The notes under the pieces were generated by a model. The model did not search any database. It saw only the letters and a program-made list of their open reading frames with translations, and was not told the origin of the DNA. Shown piece after piece: positions 50,328 through 63,173 of a stretch of 64,000 nucleotides of DNA. A program made the position numbers and the translations under genes. Each line of letters starts with the position of its first letter. The first letter of the stretch is position 1. This DNA is from Asterias rubens (taxonomy: Eukaryota). Where the stretch lies: positions 3,472,001-3,536,000 of the forward strand of contig NC_047065.1 in the NCBI RefSeq assembly GCF_902459465.1, read 5' to 3'.

Positions 50328-53300
50328 TCACTTGGTGACTTCGTGCATGGCATGGGCCAAGTAGGCGTTGTTCTTAGATGAGATACCGGCGACGGAGATT
50401 CGACCGTCTTTCGTCAGGTAGACCGAGAAATCCTTGGTGATCTTCTCCACCTGAAAAGGAAGTTGAAATAATTGCATGCAGCCCGAAAAAAAAACACACG
50501 AAATAGACTAATTGCATTAAAGGCAGCGGACACTATTGGTAATTACTCAAAATAATTATCAGCATAAAACCTTACTTGGTAACGAGTAATGGAGACAGGT
50601 TGATAGTATAAAACATTGTAAGGAACGGCTCCCTCAGAAGTGACGTAGTTTTCGAGAAAGAAGTTATTTCCACGTATTTGATTTTGAGACCTCAAGTTTA
50701 GAATTGATTGAAGTGTCGAAATCAACCATCTGAAAGCACACATCTTCGTGTGACAAGGGTGTTTTTTTCTTCCATTATCTCGCGACTTCAACGACCAATT
50801 GAGCTCAAATTTTCACAGGTTTGTTATTTTATGCATATATGATGAGATACACCAAATGAGAAGATTGGCCTTTGACAATTACCAATAGTGTCCACTGCCT
50901 TTAAAGGTAAGGTCATACTTTGATATTAAGGTTTAACAAAAAATAATGACCATAAAGACTTACTTAGTGGTAAGCACTGTACATGGCTGTTGGGTTAAAC
51001 TAATTTGAAAAAAGGATTCCCATGGTAAAGTATGGTTTGCACAAATATTTACCCAACAATTTTGTCATCTTAGGAACGATTCATGCACAAATCATTTCTT
51101 AGATTTCTGTAGGTGGCTGTCTGATCATGAATGCTGTGGCCAGAGAGATGCAGTTGGTGCCCTGCTATCATCTCGCTTAATGTGCGTAGATTTGTCGATC
51201 TTGTAAAAATACTGTCAAACTTTTTGCTGATTTCTCAGCAGGTAACTATGGTGTTTAGCTGAAACTTTCACATAACAAGCCCCCTTGGTCCACAGGTATG
51301 GCTTGCAAGCTACAGTGTATAAGTTCATGTATGAGGCATCCTTCTGGTTCCGTGACCAGAAATAAAACGACTTACTCAATTGAACATTCACGACTGCTCA
51401 ATTTAAGTCATTCTCATTAAACACACCCATATTATTTATATTGAATATCTTTGTCGCACCAATACTCTATTGTCATTATGGCATAACAGTAAAGAGTATT
51501 CTTCAACATATTGTAAACTTAATAAAATACCAAACTTCTTATTTTTAAAAGAGTTGTATCAAGCGGAGTGCTAGCTCAGGTTAGCTACCAAACGAAAAAC
51601 CCTAATCCTGATCTAAATGATGGGACACCAACGCTGCTTCGTACTTGTCAACAAACGTGTTAATGATAAAACGGGTTATGACTTGTTATGCCTCCAGTTG
51701 AGGATATTGCCTCCGTGAAGCATACAGCCTGGGCCCAATTTCGTAGAGCTGCTAAGCACGAAAATTTGCTTAGCATGAAATTTCTTCTCATTAACAACAG
51801 GATTACCAACCAAATTTCCATGTGATTTTCAGGATAAGCAAACAACAGCTGATTACCAGTAACAAGCAATATGCAACAAATGGAAATTTTGTAGGTAATC
51901 CTGTTTTTATCAAGAGAGAAATTTCATGCTAAGAAAATTTTTGTGCTTAACAGCTCTATGAAGTTGGGCCCTGGTGTACATGTAGTAAGGTGCTTCAAAT
52001 GTTACATTTGTTCAACAGGGCCTAATAATAATATGAATAACAAATGCTTATATAGCACATTTTACAATAATCGTATCAAGGCGTTACATTAGTGCCCTGG
52101 TGTTTTGGCCAATAACATTCTGAAAATCTTGTTCAGCTCCCTTGGGGTATACAGGCTGGGCTATCATGGCTCTCCAAAAGCTTTTTTGTACAAAGTATCA
52201 ACCTATGCCCTCGCAGGTATCCATTTATAGTAAAGCATCGTGCTTGAGGGCACAACCAAGTTTTACAACCAAGATTCAAACCGCACTTTGATGCCTTAAC
52301 TACCAGAACTTAAATTTGATGCCCTAAACTACTCGGCCATGACAACCAAATCAAGGTTCTATTTTCATTCAAATAGGGGAGGGGGGCTAAAGGGGTACTC
52401 CATCCTAATATAAACATGAACATACCTGGTCCGGTTTGAGTCCAGTGAAGCAGAACATGCCGATCTGATCAGTGATGTGTGACCAGTCCCGGGTAGACCC
52501 TTCCTTAGTCAGGTTAGCTACCAGATGGTCTCGCATTGTGATGATACGACCAGACATCAACTCTAACTCCTTCTTCCTGAAAATTAATTGAATGATCAAC
52601 TTTTTAAGCTAATTATAAGCCCCTACTGTTCTCCAAGTGGACCAACCAATTCAAACCCATCCAATGGGGACTTTGGAACACTAGGATGGCAGCAGACTTA
52701 CCAGGTAAAGTAGTTCTAAGTAGGCAGACATTATCGATTACACAGTATTTGATAACACAGTATTTCCAGAAAAAAAAAGTCCCCCATAGCAAGGGTTGTG
52801 TATGGTGAAACTACTGTGTACAGAACGAACTAACTAACTGTGTGCTTGTATGTACTGACATAGATGCAATGACTACATATCATTTTGCACATGCTGGCAC
52901 CATTCAAAACCACAGTTGAAATTAAGTGGTCAGATAGTAGGAGGGTTAACTGTAGATGTACTAACCCCATGATATCATATTGCAGGCTGTTAACCACTCA
53001 AAACCACAGAGGATGAAATTGAATGGTCAGGTAGTTAAGGAACATTAAAAGTGTGCTGTGAAGATGCATTAACCACCAGGTATCATACTGCAGATTGGTC
53101 TTTAGCTTATCTACCATTCAAAACCATTGCAGTCAGATAGAAGGGGGTTAAAGACACTGGACACTATTGGTAATTGTCAAAGACCAGTCTCCTCACTTGG
53201 TGTATCTCAACATATGCATAACAAAATAAACCTGGGAAAATTTGAGCTCAATTGGTCGTCGAAGTTTTGAGATAATAATGGAAGGAAAAACACCCATCAC

Positions 53301-56300
53301 ACGAAGTTGTGTGCTTTCAGATGATTGGTTTTGAGACTTCAAAATCTAATTCTGAGGTCTCGAAATCAACTTTGTGGAAAATTACTTCTTTCTCCAAAAC
53401 TACGTAACTTCAGAGGGAGCAGTTTCTCCAAATGTTTTACACTATCAAACTCTCCCCATTACTCAGTACCAAGTAAGGTTTTATGCTAATAATTATTTTG
53501 AGTAATTACCAATAGTGTCCATCGCTTTAATTTCTACACCACCTATTCATCGCATGGATTCAAATTTTCTCCTGATTTTTTCAAGCAAGTGAGGGAAAAA
53601 AACTAAAAAAACTACAAAAGTAAGATTAAAATAGGACATGTTTCATGCCTGTTAAAAAAAAAAAACTCCAGATAGAAACATAGAAACTTACCATTCTGCA
53701 TTAAGTTCTGGTGTATTGAGAATAGTGCTTGCAATTCTAGCCCCATAGGCCGGCGGGTTGGAGTACATGGGCCTGATGATGATTTTCAACTGAGACTCGC
53801 AGCGCTTGGCCTCCTCAGCGTCTGCGCAAACCAGGCTGAATGCGCCCACTCTCTGGCCGTACAGTCCCATGTTCTTGGCGTAGGACTGGGCGAGGGCAAC
53901 CGTGTGACCCTCGTCGAGGAAATGCCTCAGAGCCCAGGCGTCTTTGGCGAGGTCCCCGCTGGCGAAGCCCTGGTACGCCATATCAAAGAAGGGGAACAGC
54001 TGCCTCTCCTGTTGGAAGTAAGTTTTTAAACACATTATAATTAACTTGAAAAATATACTCCGCCGAGTAGAACATACAGCAAGACAGTTCTCTAAAGAAC
54101 GAACTCCGTCTTGCAAGACGGTACACATGGTGTTACTGCATACCAAATATATATTGATACCTCACCATGCAATGCCACAAATTATATAAATAATGAGAGC
54201 TTAATAATCTGAAGGTCACAAGTTCAAATCCATCCCACTCCCATTAAGCTTTTATTTGTTCCACACAAAAGTAAACAACTTTCTATCTAGATTGTTTCAG
54301 GTTTTTTTTGTATCAGTGTTAAAGTCTTACCTTGATCAGTTTGCCCATTTCTTTCCATTGCTCTGGCTGGGGGGGAAAATTCAAAGATATGAAATTAACA
54401 GATAAAAAAAGAAATTCTTGCAGAGTTTTTAGGTTTTTTTTTTTTCTATCACTACTGACTACTACATAGCAGTAAATCATCTGTTTATCATCTCAATAAT
54501 TATTATTGTTAAATTAGTGCCAAAAAGAGGTGTTATAATTTTTTTTGGAAAAGTGGAACATACGATCTGCTATTGTGCACATTTAAAATAGCGTATCTTA
54601 TTCTCTCATGAAAAAACAAACACAGGAACACTTCAAGGGAATTTTTAAGTGAATCAATATATTTAGGAACACTTCAAGGGAATTTTTATCATATCCATGT
54701 CATAAAAAAACACACAAATGAAGTCATTTAAAACTAAATTTTACATCACACAACACAAACAAGTTTAAGTTTACCTGACTAAAAATGCATTATCAAAGTA
54801 CAAGGTTCAGGTCAAAGTTCAAGATTATCAGGCAGCTTACCTTAGGGTCCACTCCTGTTGGATTGTGAGCGCAGGCATGCAGGATGATAATAGACTTCTC
54901 TGGGATTTTCTGTGGATTTTTAAAAGAAAACACTCTCACTTAAAGAGACAGTCAAGAAAACCCAATTGTTTCCTGTCAAATCCCTCACAACAATATAATT
55001 TACAAAAAGTTTCAAACTTTCCAGAAGCTTGAAATGCATCTGGACCCAAATCTAAATCCATGAAAATTGTGCATCTTAAAGGCAGTGGACACTATGATGG
55101 TAATTACTCAAAATAATTATTAGCATAAAACCTTACTTTGTACGAGTAATGGGAAGCTGTTCATGCTATAGTATAACACATTGTGAGAAACGGCTCTCTC
55201 TTAAGTGACGTAGTTTTCGAGAAAGAGGTAATTTTCCACGAATTTGATTTTGAGACCTCAGAATTAGAATTTGAGGTCTCGAAATCAAGCATCTGAAAGC
55301 ACACAACTTCGTGTGATAGAGGTGTTTTTTCTTTTATTATTATCTCGCAACTTCGACGACCAATTAAGCTCAAATGTTCACAGGTTTGTCATGTTTTGCA
55401 TATGTTGAGATACACAAAGTGAGAGAACCTGTCTTTGGCAATTACCAATAGTGTCCAGTGTCTTTAATACGGCCTCCATCTTAAAGTGGTTAAAAAGATT
55501 GTTGACAGTTTTTTTTTTTTTTAAGGGTACCCAAATAAATCTTTTTATTTTTCTTACCGAAATATCTTCCATAGCCCCAGCAGCATCAAAGCCACACGTT
55601 TCTTTGTCATAGTACCGATACCCTTGCACATCCAGACCTGCATGCCTGTTAGGGAAAAAGTAAAAAATGATCTAGATTCACTTTGTCAAGTTTTTAACGC
55701 AAAGTGTGAATGTAGCTTACTAACAACGCATTTATTGCACCGGGCATTTAGGTCAGCTGAAAGGTGAGTTCATTCCCTATAGCAATAATGGTTAAGTGTC
55801 TTGCTTAGAGACACAATCCTCACGGCTGTCTCGTGGGTTTTCCCCCCGAAACTCGAGCCGTGATATGGTTGTATGCTAAAAGCTTTCAAGCACTATTGTT
55901 ATACCTCAGTTACAAATTGTGAAGTTTCATTGGTCGAGAACCAATCACGTAATGGGATACAAAAACGCATGTACCATCGGCTGCACAGCGCAGAGGGTAA
56001 CATGAGTTTTGTTAACCAGTTTACATCACCTTGATCGTTCCCATCATTGGCTGATTTCCAGTGATGTGTACCAAACACCCGTGGGTTCGAGGGAACAGTG
56101 AAGAATTGTTTCTTATTTGAACAACTGTTTGTCTGCTATGCATACTCCGTCGTATTTGAAGATGGCAACATAATTGAGAAGAATAATTATAATAATGTAA
56201 CCAAGGTACAACAAAACAATTGTTGCACGCTGTAACGGGGGTCCATGGGTTTTGTCAAAACCTTGGGGGCAAATGCCATCCTCTGCTTCACCTCGGGTGC

Positions 56301-59300
56301 CATTATAACTCATCCCTGAACTATACTTACTTAAAAATTGGAGTATGGTTGCCCCAGGAGGGTTTGGGGAGATACACGGTTTTGTTGCCAGGGAAGAACT
56401 TGGAGAGATAGTTTGCCCCGATGCAAAGAGAACCTGTCCCAGATATACCTTGGACTGTTACATTCTGGGGTGAGAAAAACAGTTACTCGTTGAACATTTT
56501 GCGACAAAAAATTTATGGATAATAATAATAATACAAGTAATAATAATAATAAAAGTGGCTTCTTGTTTAGCATTCAGGTCCGTCACGCAGTGACGATCAT
56601 GGCGCCTGAACATTATTATCCCTGATCACTGGGCCTTTAATTATTCCTTAAACCATCTCAGCTCCCTGGGGAGTATACAGCCTGTGCCGCCAAATAGGTA
56701 GTCCACTAATTAAGCTAATCAATCACAAGAACCAGGTAATTACAATTTTTTTTTCATTTCATAAAAAAAGAAAATTTTGATCGTTCTTTTTTTTTTGCGG
56801 ATGGGGGAGGGAGGTTTTGTTGACATGCCAAATATGAAATCAAGAATAAAGAAATCATCACAATCACCAGATCACTATTAAACAGAGGGTTTGTGTGTTT
56901 TTGATGTTTTCAATAGTTTTGTCAAACAAATTTTACTCCTAGATTACATTTTTTGTCCACTTTTTCAAACAACTAAGCACAGTGTGTAGCCCAAGTAAAT
57001 ATTTGAAGAATTGTTCTTGCTTTGCCAACATGAATAAAAACCTTCTTTAATCATCTTTTCAAACCTGTACATTTTGAAAACAAAACAAAAAAACTAGACA
57101 TTGGGAGTTTGTGAACAAACTCTAGGTGTTCGGTTTCCGGGAGTTAAAGCCTATGATGTGATGGTAAAGCTAAAAGCCATTAAATAACGCCTTTTCAAAT
57201 AATTTCACAGTCACTTCCGGTTTAAACAAGTCAAAAGGTCAACAAAAGTTCACCAACATATCCATTTTTGTAAAGTACGAAAAGCCCTTTCATATGATGT
57301 ATAGATTGTAAAAAATAGCTTATGTGGTTTAGGAAATATGAACTTATAAGTTATTGTAAGGGGCATGCATGTTTTAAGAGTCAGTTCAGGTAAATAATTG
57401 ACATAGTTGCTCACGGTCAAAAAATGAATTTTTTAAATACTTTGTGGGTGGAAGGGCCTTGGGGTGCAAGTAAACAAAATTGCATTTTCAATTCTATATA
57501 TAGCCCGTTGCCATGGTTACGGCTCATTTTGTTTTTTGGCCATTTTAGGCCGATTTTGGGGTCTGAAAAACTGGTTTTTAGCTCATATTTACAACTCCAC
57601 CCCACCAAAATGCAAAATTATTTCAAAAAACCTTTTATACCACTACAAAGTATCATCCTTGGCCTTCCTTGAGAAAAAAAATTATTGCTTTAAATATCAC
57701 CCTTGTGCTATTTTTGCATCATGCATTACAGTATGTTTTTAGAACTTGCAAAATCGACATTTTTACCCTATTTATTTTTGGACCCCAAAATGTCAACTTG
57801 CCAGGGGTCTCAGAAAATTTTCCTTTTGGCTGTGATTAGGGCCAACATTGGTCTTTCCATATCTGGTGTCAAAAACTTGGGCAATTGTATCTTGTTGTTA
57901 CAGTACTGCCTCAAACTAGACTTTTTTCCCCAAAACGTGATAAATGACTTTTTAAGGGTCTTTTCACATAATATCGACATACGTGTCCACGGTAAAAAAA
58001 AAAGGAATATTTTTCTTATACTTTGTGGATGGTAGTTTTGAGGCAGTACTGTCACAACAAGATACAATTGCCCAAGTTTTTGACACCAGATATGGAAAGA
58101 CCAATGTTGGCCCTAATCACAGCCAAAAGGAAATTTTCTGAGCCCTCTGGCAAGTTGACATTTTGGGGTCCAAATATAAATAGGGTAAAAATGTCGATTT
58201 TGCAAGTTCTAAAAACATACTGTAATGCATGATGCAAAAATAGCACAAGGGTGATATTTAAAGCAATAATTTTTTTTCTCAAGGAAGGCCAAGGATGATA
58301 CTTTGTAGTGGTATAAAAGGTTTTTTGAAATAATTTTGCATTTTGGTGGGGTGGAGTTGTAAATATGAGCTAAAAACCAGTTTTTCAAACCCCAAAATCG
58401 GCCTTAAATGGCCAAAAAAACAAAATGAGCCGTAACCATGGCAACGGGCTATATATAGAATTGAAAATGCAATTTTGTTTCTTTGCAACCCAAGGCCCTT
58501 CCACCAACAAAGTATAAAAAAAATTCATTTTTTGACCGTGAGCAACTATGTCAAATATTTACCTGAACTGACTCTTAATTGCCTTGACAAAGACTATTCT
58601 ACATGAAGCTTTTTCGCGCTCTATGGATGATCACTGGAGCGTGACTCTCCCGCACAGCTAATACACTACACGTTGTGTGTCTGCCTAAGTGTAATGTTTA
58701 TGCACATACCAACGGGGGATTTACGTTGTTCTTTAGACGTGAATTCTGAAATTTTCAACCTCTCTTTTGAGCCGAATCAAAATGGGGTCATGTCTGTGAG
58801 GCGTTTACGGAGTTTTTAATGACGATTCCGATGACGTATTGATTATAAGTATCCCTTGCGTAGATCAAAAGTTATGATTTTTTGAAATAATAAACTTTGA
58901 ATTTTCATAACTCAAGAATGGACGACGTCACCATGACGTAACTCATACGGTTTCCTCTCCTAATGAATATCAAACTATGCGCGAAGTTCCAAGTTCATAC
59001 AAGTTTGGGAAATGTGTTTTTGTGAGGGGACAAAGAAGATTCAGAAGAAGAAGTATTAAGAAGTAAAAAAACAAAACAAAATAAGAGGTGTTCCGGGCTG
59101 TTGGCCCGAACACCTAAAATGGGGTCGGGGGGTTTTGAACAGTCGGGCGGGGACAATCAACAATTTTTCTTTTTTTATGTGGCCTAATAAACAATGATTA
59201 ATTCTTACCCTTCCGCTGCTAACAACTTCGCTGTCATCCCCAAAGGCAAGCTTGGCCGAAGCTTTGGTCAGGTCAGGAAGGCCAGTAATACCGAGGTACT

Positions 59301-62300
59301 CATGGTCAACATTGCTGGCTGCTATTATTGACTCAGCCTGTTATTAAAGAGAGAAAGGGCTGGTTAGAAAATACCCATGGTAGCAAGTCCCTGTTCAAGA
59401 CTGTGCAACCCAGCTGCAGCCGCTGGCCCAACAAAATCACTAGTTAGTCGATAACTAATTAAAGATGCTATGTCAGATTTTTGGCCAATTTGACCCAAAA
59501 TTTTGATTTAAAATTCAATAGGTATTTTGATGGGGGTCGAGAAAGTTACAAGCTTTCACTTGAGCCATTGCTCGAAAAAGTCCGCCAATTATTAGTAGTA
59601 GTGAAATAAAGTGCTCAAAAATAGTTTTTGTCGGGATCCTGACAATATATCTCGTGACCAATTCTTATGTGTTTTATAAGAAACTTTTTTAATTTTTGTC
59701 ATGGTTCCTGACCATTAAAAGTAAAAGTTAAACTTTTTTTTCGTTAGAGCGGGTGATACTCTTTGAAATACCATTCACTCAAAAAAATCTAAGTTTTAAT
59801 GTTTGGGACCAAAAATCTGACATAGCATCTTTAACTTTTTAATCAAATAATTTCATTTTCTGTATAGTCCATTCTCTCATATCAATGCAATCAAACAGGA
59901 CAAGTTTCGAGCGTCTCTGAGAAACTTCGTTCAGCCCAATTAGCTGTGTTAATAGAACTCTAATCTAAAGGAAAGTGCCAGGGACTGCAAAACTTTGTGA
60001 ATTTTTTTTAAATTCCCAATGTCACAGCTGAGAACCCCAAAATAGGAAATTAGCTGATCAGCTGAAAAGCATGCAGGGTTTACCCTTAACCTTTTACGTG
60101 ACCGGCCAGCAGAACCAGTTAGCTTGTCATTTTTACTAGTCCATCACATTTTCACTACATATTATAGTCCATACTGCAAAGAAATGGTTTGCAACCATCA
60201 GGAGGATGGAGGGTTGCGATTGATCTTGAGCCCTTTATCTTTTGTCCCATGAATGTTTTACCTTTCTTACTGATGAAATGGTTTCTGACCATCAGGAGGA
60301 TGGAGGGTTGCGATTGATCTTGAGCCCTTTATCTTTTGTCACATGATTGTTTTACCTTTCTTACTGATGAAATGGTTTCTGACCATCAGGAGGATGGAGG
60401 GTTGCGATTGATCTTGAGCCCTTTATCTTTTGTCCCATGAATGTTTTACCTTTCTTACTGATGAAATGGTTTCTGACCATCAGGAGGATGGAGGGTTGCA
60501 AATTGATCTTGAGCCCTTTATCTTTTGTCCCATGAATGTTTTACCTTTCTTACTGATGAAATGGTTTCTGACTATCAGGAGGATGGAGGGTTGCGAATTG
60601 ATCTTGAGCCCTTTATCTTTTGTCTCATGAATGTTTTACCTTTCTTACTGATGAGAGAACAAATGGTTTGCCCTCATCATCCCTGTATGCTCCAACTCCC
60701 AGATTCATCTTGTTAGGGTTGGTGTCACGCTTGAATGCCTCGGTGACCCCGAGGATCGCGTCAGGTGGGCCCATTTCCACATGGGGCCACCAGCTGAAAT
60801 TTGCATAAAACAGACAGAACAAAATGTTAAAGGTAGATTTAATAAATGAAGGCCAATTTTCTATTCCCTTGTTTAGTAAAATGTAATTATTAATCAGAAA
60901 AAAAGACTGCGAATAGCAAGTTAATCACAAATTGATTGTCTTGATATGTTTTCTATGTTTTGTCCTTTTGTATTTGCGTTGTTTGTTTATGAGGGCATGA
61001 ATGAAATTTTAAAAAAAAGCTTGCACTTTATAATATTTGTTGATACTTAAAGCCATTGGACCCTTTCGGTACAGAAAAAAAAATAAAAGTTCACAGATTT
61101 ACAAATAATTTACAGGGTTTACAGAAGGTAATGGTGAAAGACTTCTCTTGAAATATTAGTTCATGAAATGCTTTACTTTTTGAGAAAACAGTAAAACAAT
61201 ATAAATTCTCGTTAGCGAGAATTACGGATTTATTTTAAACACATGTCATGACACGGCGAAACGCGCGCAAGCAAGAGTGGGTTTTCCCGTTATTTTCTCC
61301 CGACTCCGATGACCGATTGAGCCTAAATTTTCACAGGTTTGTTGTTTTATATATAAGTTGTGATACACGAAGTGTGGGACTTGGACAATACTGTTTACCA
61401 AAAGTGTATAATGGCTTTAAATTAATCATGTGTTATTAGGCCTATGACATTTATCCGACTCTGAAGCCCAGTTCATACTACCTGCGAATGCGAAGCGAAT
61501 CTTGACGTCACAAATTCGCAAAGAACAGTTCGCAGCAGTTGAACTCTGCTCTACTCCCTTGCGATAATCGCTGCGAAAGGAGGGTGTGACGTCAAATTCA
61601 TGTCAAATTCACTTCGCATTCGCATTCGCAGGAAGTATGAACCGGGCTTTAGTCTGAACTAAACTGGGTGATGAACATCAGATGAATTGAATGCCAAGCA
61701 AGTTAAATCAAAATTATAGTTCACTACACTAGGGGCCCTAATACTTTATTATACTTTGGCTAGTTGCGATAACGTAACCCTCCTCCCGACGGACGCCAGG
61801 CCGGAGGGTTACGAGATTCTTATGATCGGCAAATGACAATCTGGTCCAACACGTATGATTTCGACAGCTAATCACCAGATTTGCCCCATTTTTACAACTT
61901 TCAAAAATCACGACACAAATTCTAAGGGCACGAACTTAATCATCAGCGTCTAATGAACACTCAAAACACCATTAAGAAAACATTTTTGAAGAAAAAGGAC
62001 AGCGAATTCCCAGGTTTACATTTTGAACTTGTCGCATGGCTTTGCAAATGCTTTATTTTGTTGTTGGACTAAACCATTCTGTGAAAGGGGGTGTTACAAG
62101 GCAGTGCCAGTGCTGCAGCGCTGTCCGTTTACATTGCCCGCCGCAGCCATTCAGTCATCATGGCATAGTCGAACCTGCTGCAGCACTGGTGGCCGTCGGG
62201 AGGAGTGTTACATTATCGCAACTATTATAGGGCCTACCTGACTTATCGCACCACAAACAGTCGCAACTTTACTTTGACACTGGTTGCGACTATTTTTTCT

Positions 62301-62699
62301 TATTTATTTTAATTCCAAAGTAAAGTTGCATTGCGGTTGAATTTGTGAATTGAAAACACATTGATGAAAATTACTTTGTAAGAGTTAATATTGAATTAAT
62401 ATTTTACAATGAAAACATATTGAGAGAACTACTCCGCCCCCCCCCCCCCCCCCCCCCCCCATTAACTAATTCTCATAACTCCTCCCCCATGGCCCCAGTT
62501 TATGCCCTTTATTTTTCATCTCCCGTTGGGATCAGGCTGGTTTGTTTTGACAACTTGCTCAACAAACTTATGTGATTATATTTATAGCACTCATTCTCAT
62601 TAAGAAATACCTTGTTTTAGCGGCTGATGTTGTTGCAAATGTCTTTGTGCATTGTTCCCTGAGAACTAGCAGGGATTTTGCATGAAGTCTGAGTGCCAT
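50328..62699 (-). CDS. GOT2: Aspartate aminotransferase, mitochondrial
   Basis: Exons 62699-62611 (basic, transit-peptide-like), 60793-60640, 59337-59209, 56464-56331, 55645-55558, 54909-54841, 54366-54331, 54008-53692, 52576-52426, 50450-50328, all phase-compatible. Motifs [53 protein letters not shown]-Lys [16 protein letters not shown] and DGRISVAG. Confidence 0.97.
50516..50904. mobile_element. MITE family A copy
   Basis: Full TIRs with TTAA flanks. Confidence 0.8.
53149..53530. mobile_element. MITE family A copy
   Basis: TIRs and body as at 4403-4789. Confidence 0.8.
55077..55467. mobile_element. MITE family A copy
   Basis: TIRs and body as at 4403-4789, opposite orientation. Confidence 0.8.
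57374..58578. mobile_element. 1.2 kb foldback element, TTAA-flanked
   Basis: TTAA-GAGTCAGTTCAGGTAAAT ... ATTTACCTGAACTGACTC-TTAA; near-identical arms at about 57374-57919 and 58032-58578 around a spacer of about 112 bp. Confidence 0.9.
59459..59834. mobile_element. TTAA-flanked MITE family C (Kolobok-like)
   Basis: TTAAAGATGCTATGTCAGATTTTTGG ... CCAAAAATCTGACATAGCATCTTTAA. Confidence 0.8.
60181..60652. repeat. Tandem repeat, 5 x 94-95 bp, overlapping the GOT2 exon 2 donor
   Basis: GAAATGGTTT unit starts at 60181, 60275, 60369, 60463 and 60558; each unit ends TTTTACCTTTCTTACTGAT. Confidence 0.95.
61048..61420. mobile_element. MITE family B copy
   Basis: Close match to 21010-21378 with TTAAAGCCATT termini. 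Confidence 0.8.
61464..61649. mobile_element. Palindromic MITE
   Basis: AAGCCCAGTTCATACTACCTGCGAATGCGAA ... TTCGCATTCGCAGGAAGTATGAACCGGGCTT. Confidence 0.75.
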
Positions 62700-63027
62700 T
62701 TTCCCGGTAAATTCTTCCAGACACTTGGATAACCACAAATCTGCTGGTAGATCAGTTTATTCGCAATTGGGCTTGTGCATCTAGGTATGACACCTTGACT
62801 CAATGATACAAAAACTAATGTTCTTATAGAGAAGCAACGAGCACCAAACTACCCATTCGCGAACAGCTGAAATTAATTTTATGGCACGCGCACGGACGAC
62901 GTGTGGTACGTGATCATTTCACACGTACACTTTGTGTGCGCTTGTTCGAGCATAAAACCGTCGTCTATTTTTGTATGTTTTTTTTAAAAAGTTGACGGCT
63001 GTTTGTACAAACTTCAAACATTCCAAG
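62700..63027. promoter_or_regulatory. Putative bidirectional promoter GOT2/NDUFAF6
   Basis: Divergent ATGs about 330 bp apart; CpG-rich with CACGTA/TACGTG boxes; YY1-like CAAGATGGCGGC overlaps the downstream ATG. Confidence 0.65.
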
Positions 63028-63173
63028 ATGGCGGCGTCCATGGGAGCTCACGCGAGGTTGATATCCAAGAAAGTTTTGTTAACGAAACATCTCAAATTAT
63101 GCAAACAAATCACGAATTTTCAACGGAAATCATTGTCAACAAATAACTCGCAATACTGCATTGATTTAGTGAG
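63028..63173 (+). CDS. NDUFAF6: Probable NDUFAF6 (complex I assembly factor), first coding exon
   Basis: MAASMGAHARLISKKVLLTKHLKLCKQITNFQRKSLSTNNSQYCIDLVR followed by a GTGAG donor. Basic transit-peptide-like N-terminus; YCIDLVR resembles the YCLELLR that opens the NDUFAF6 domain. Only one exon is visible. Confidence 0.65.

Noticed and set aside
4412-55629. Recurrent short ORFs such as [23 protein letters not shown] and [17 protein letters not shown]
   Set aside because: They are chance translations of MITE family A copies, disrupted differently in each copy, with no transposase motif.
56420-56440. GOT2 GTGSLCIG instead of the usual GTG(A/S)LRIG
   Set aside because: A single substitution at a position that is not invariant among aspartate aminotransferases; the catalytic Lys and Arg motifs are intact.
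57417-58488. Mirror-image ORFs on both strands
   Set aside because: They arise from the foldback arms and show no protein-family signal.
60181-60652. Possible CRISPR-like array
   Set aside because: The units are near-identical over their full length with no unique spacers, and the context is a eukaryotic intron.
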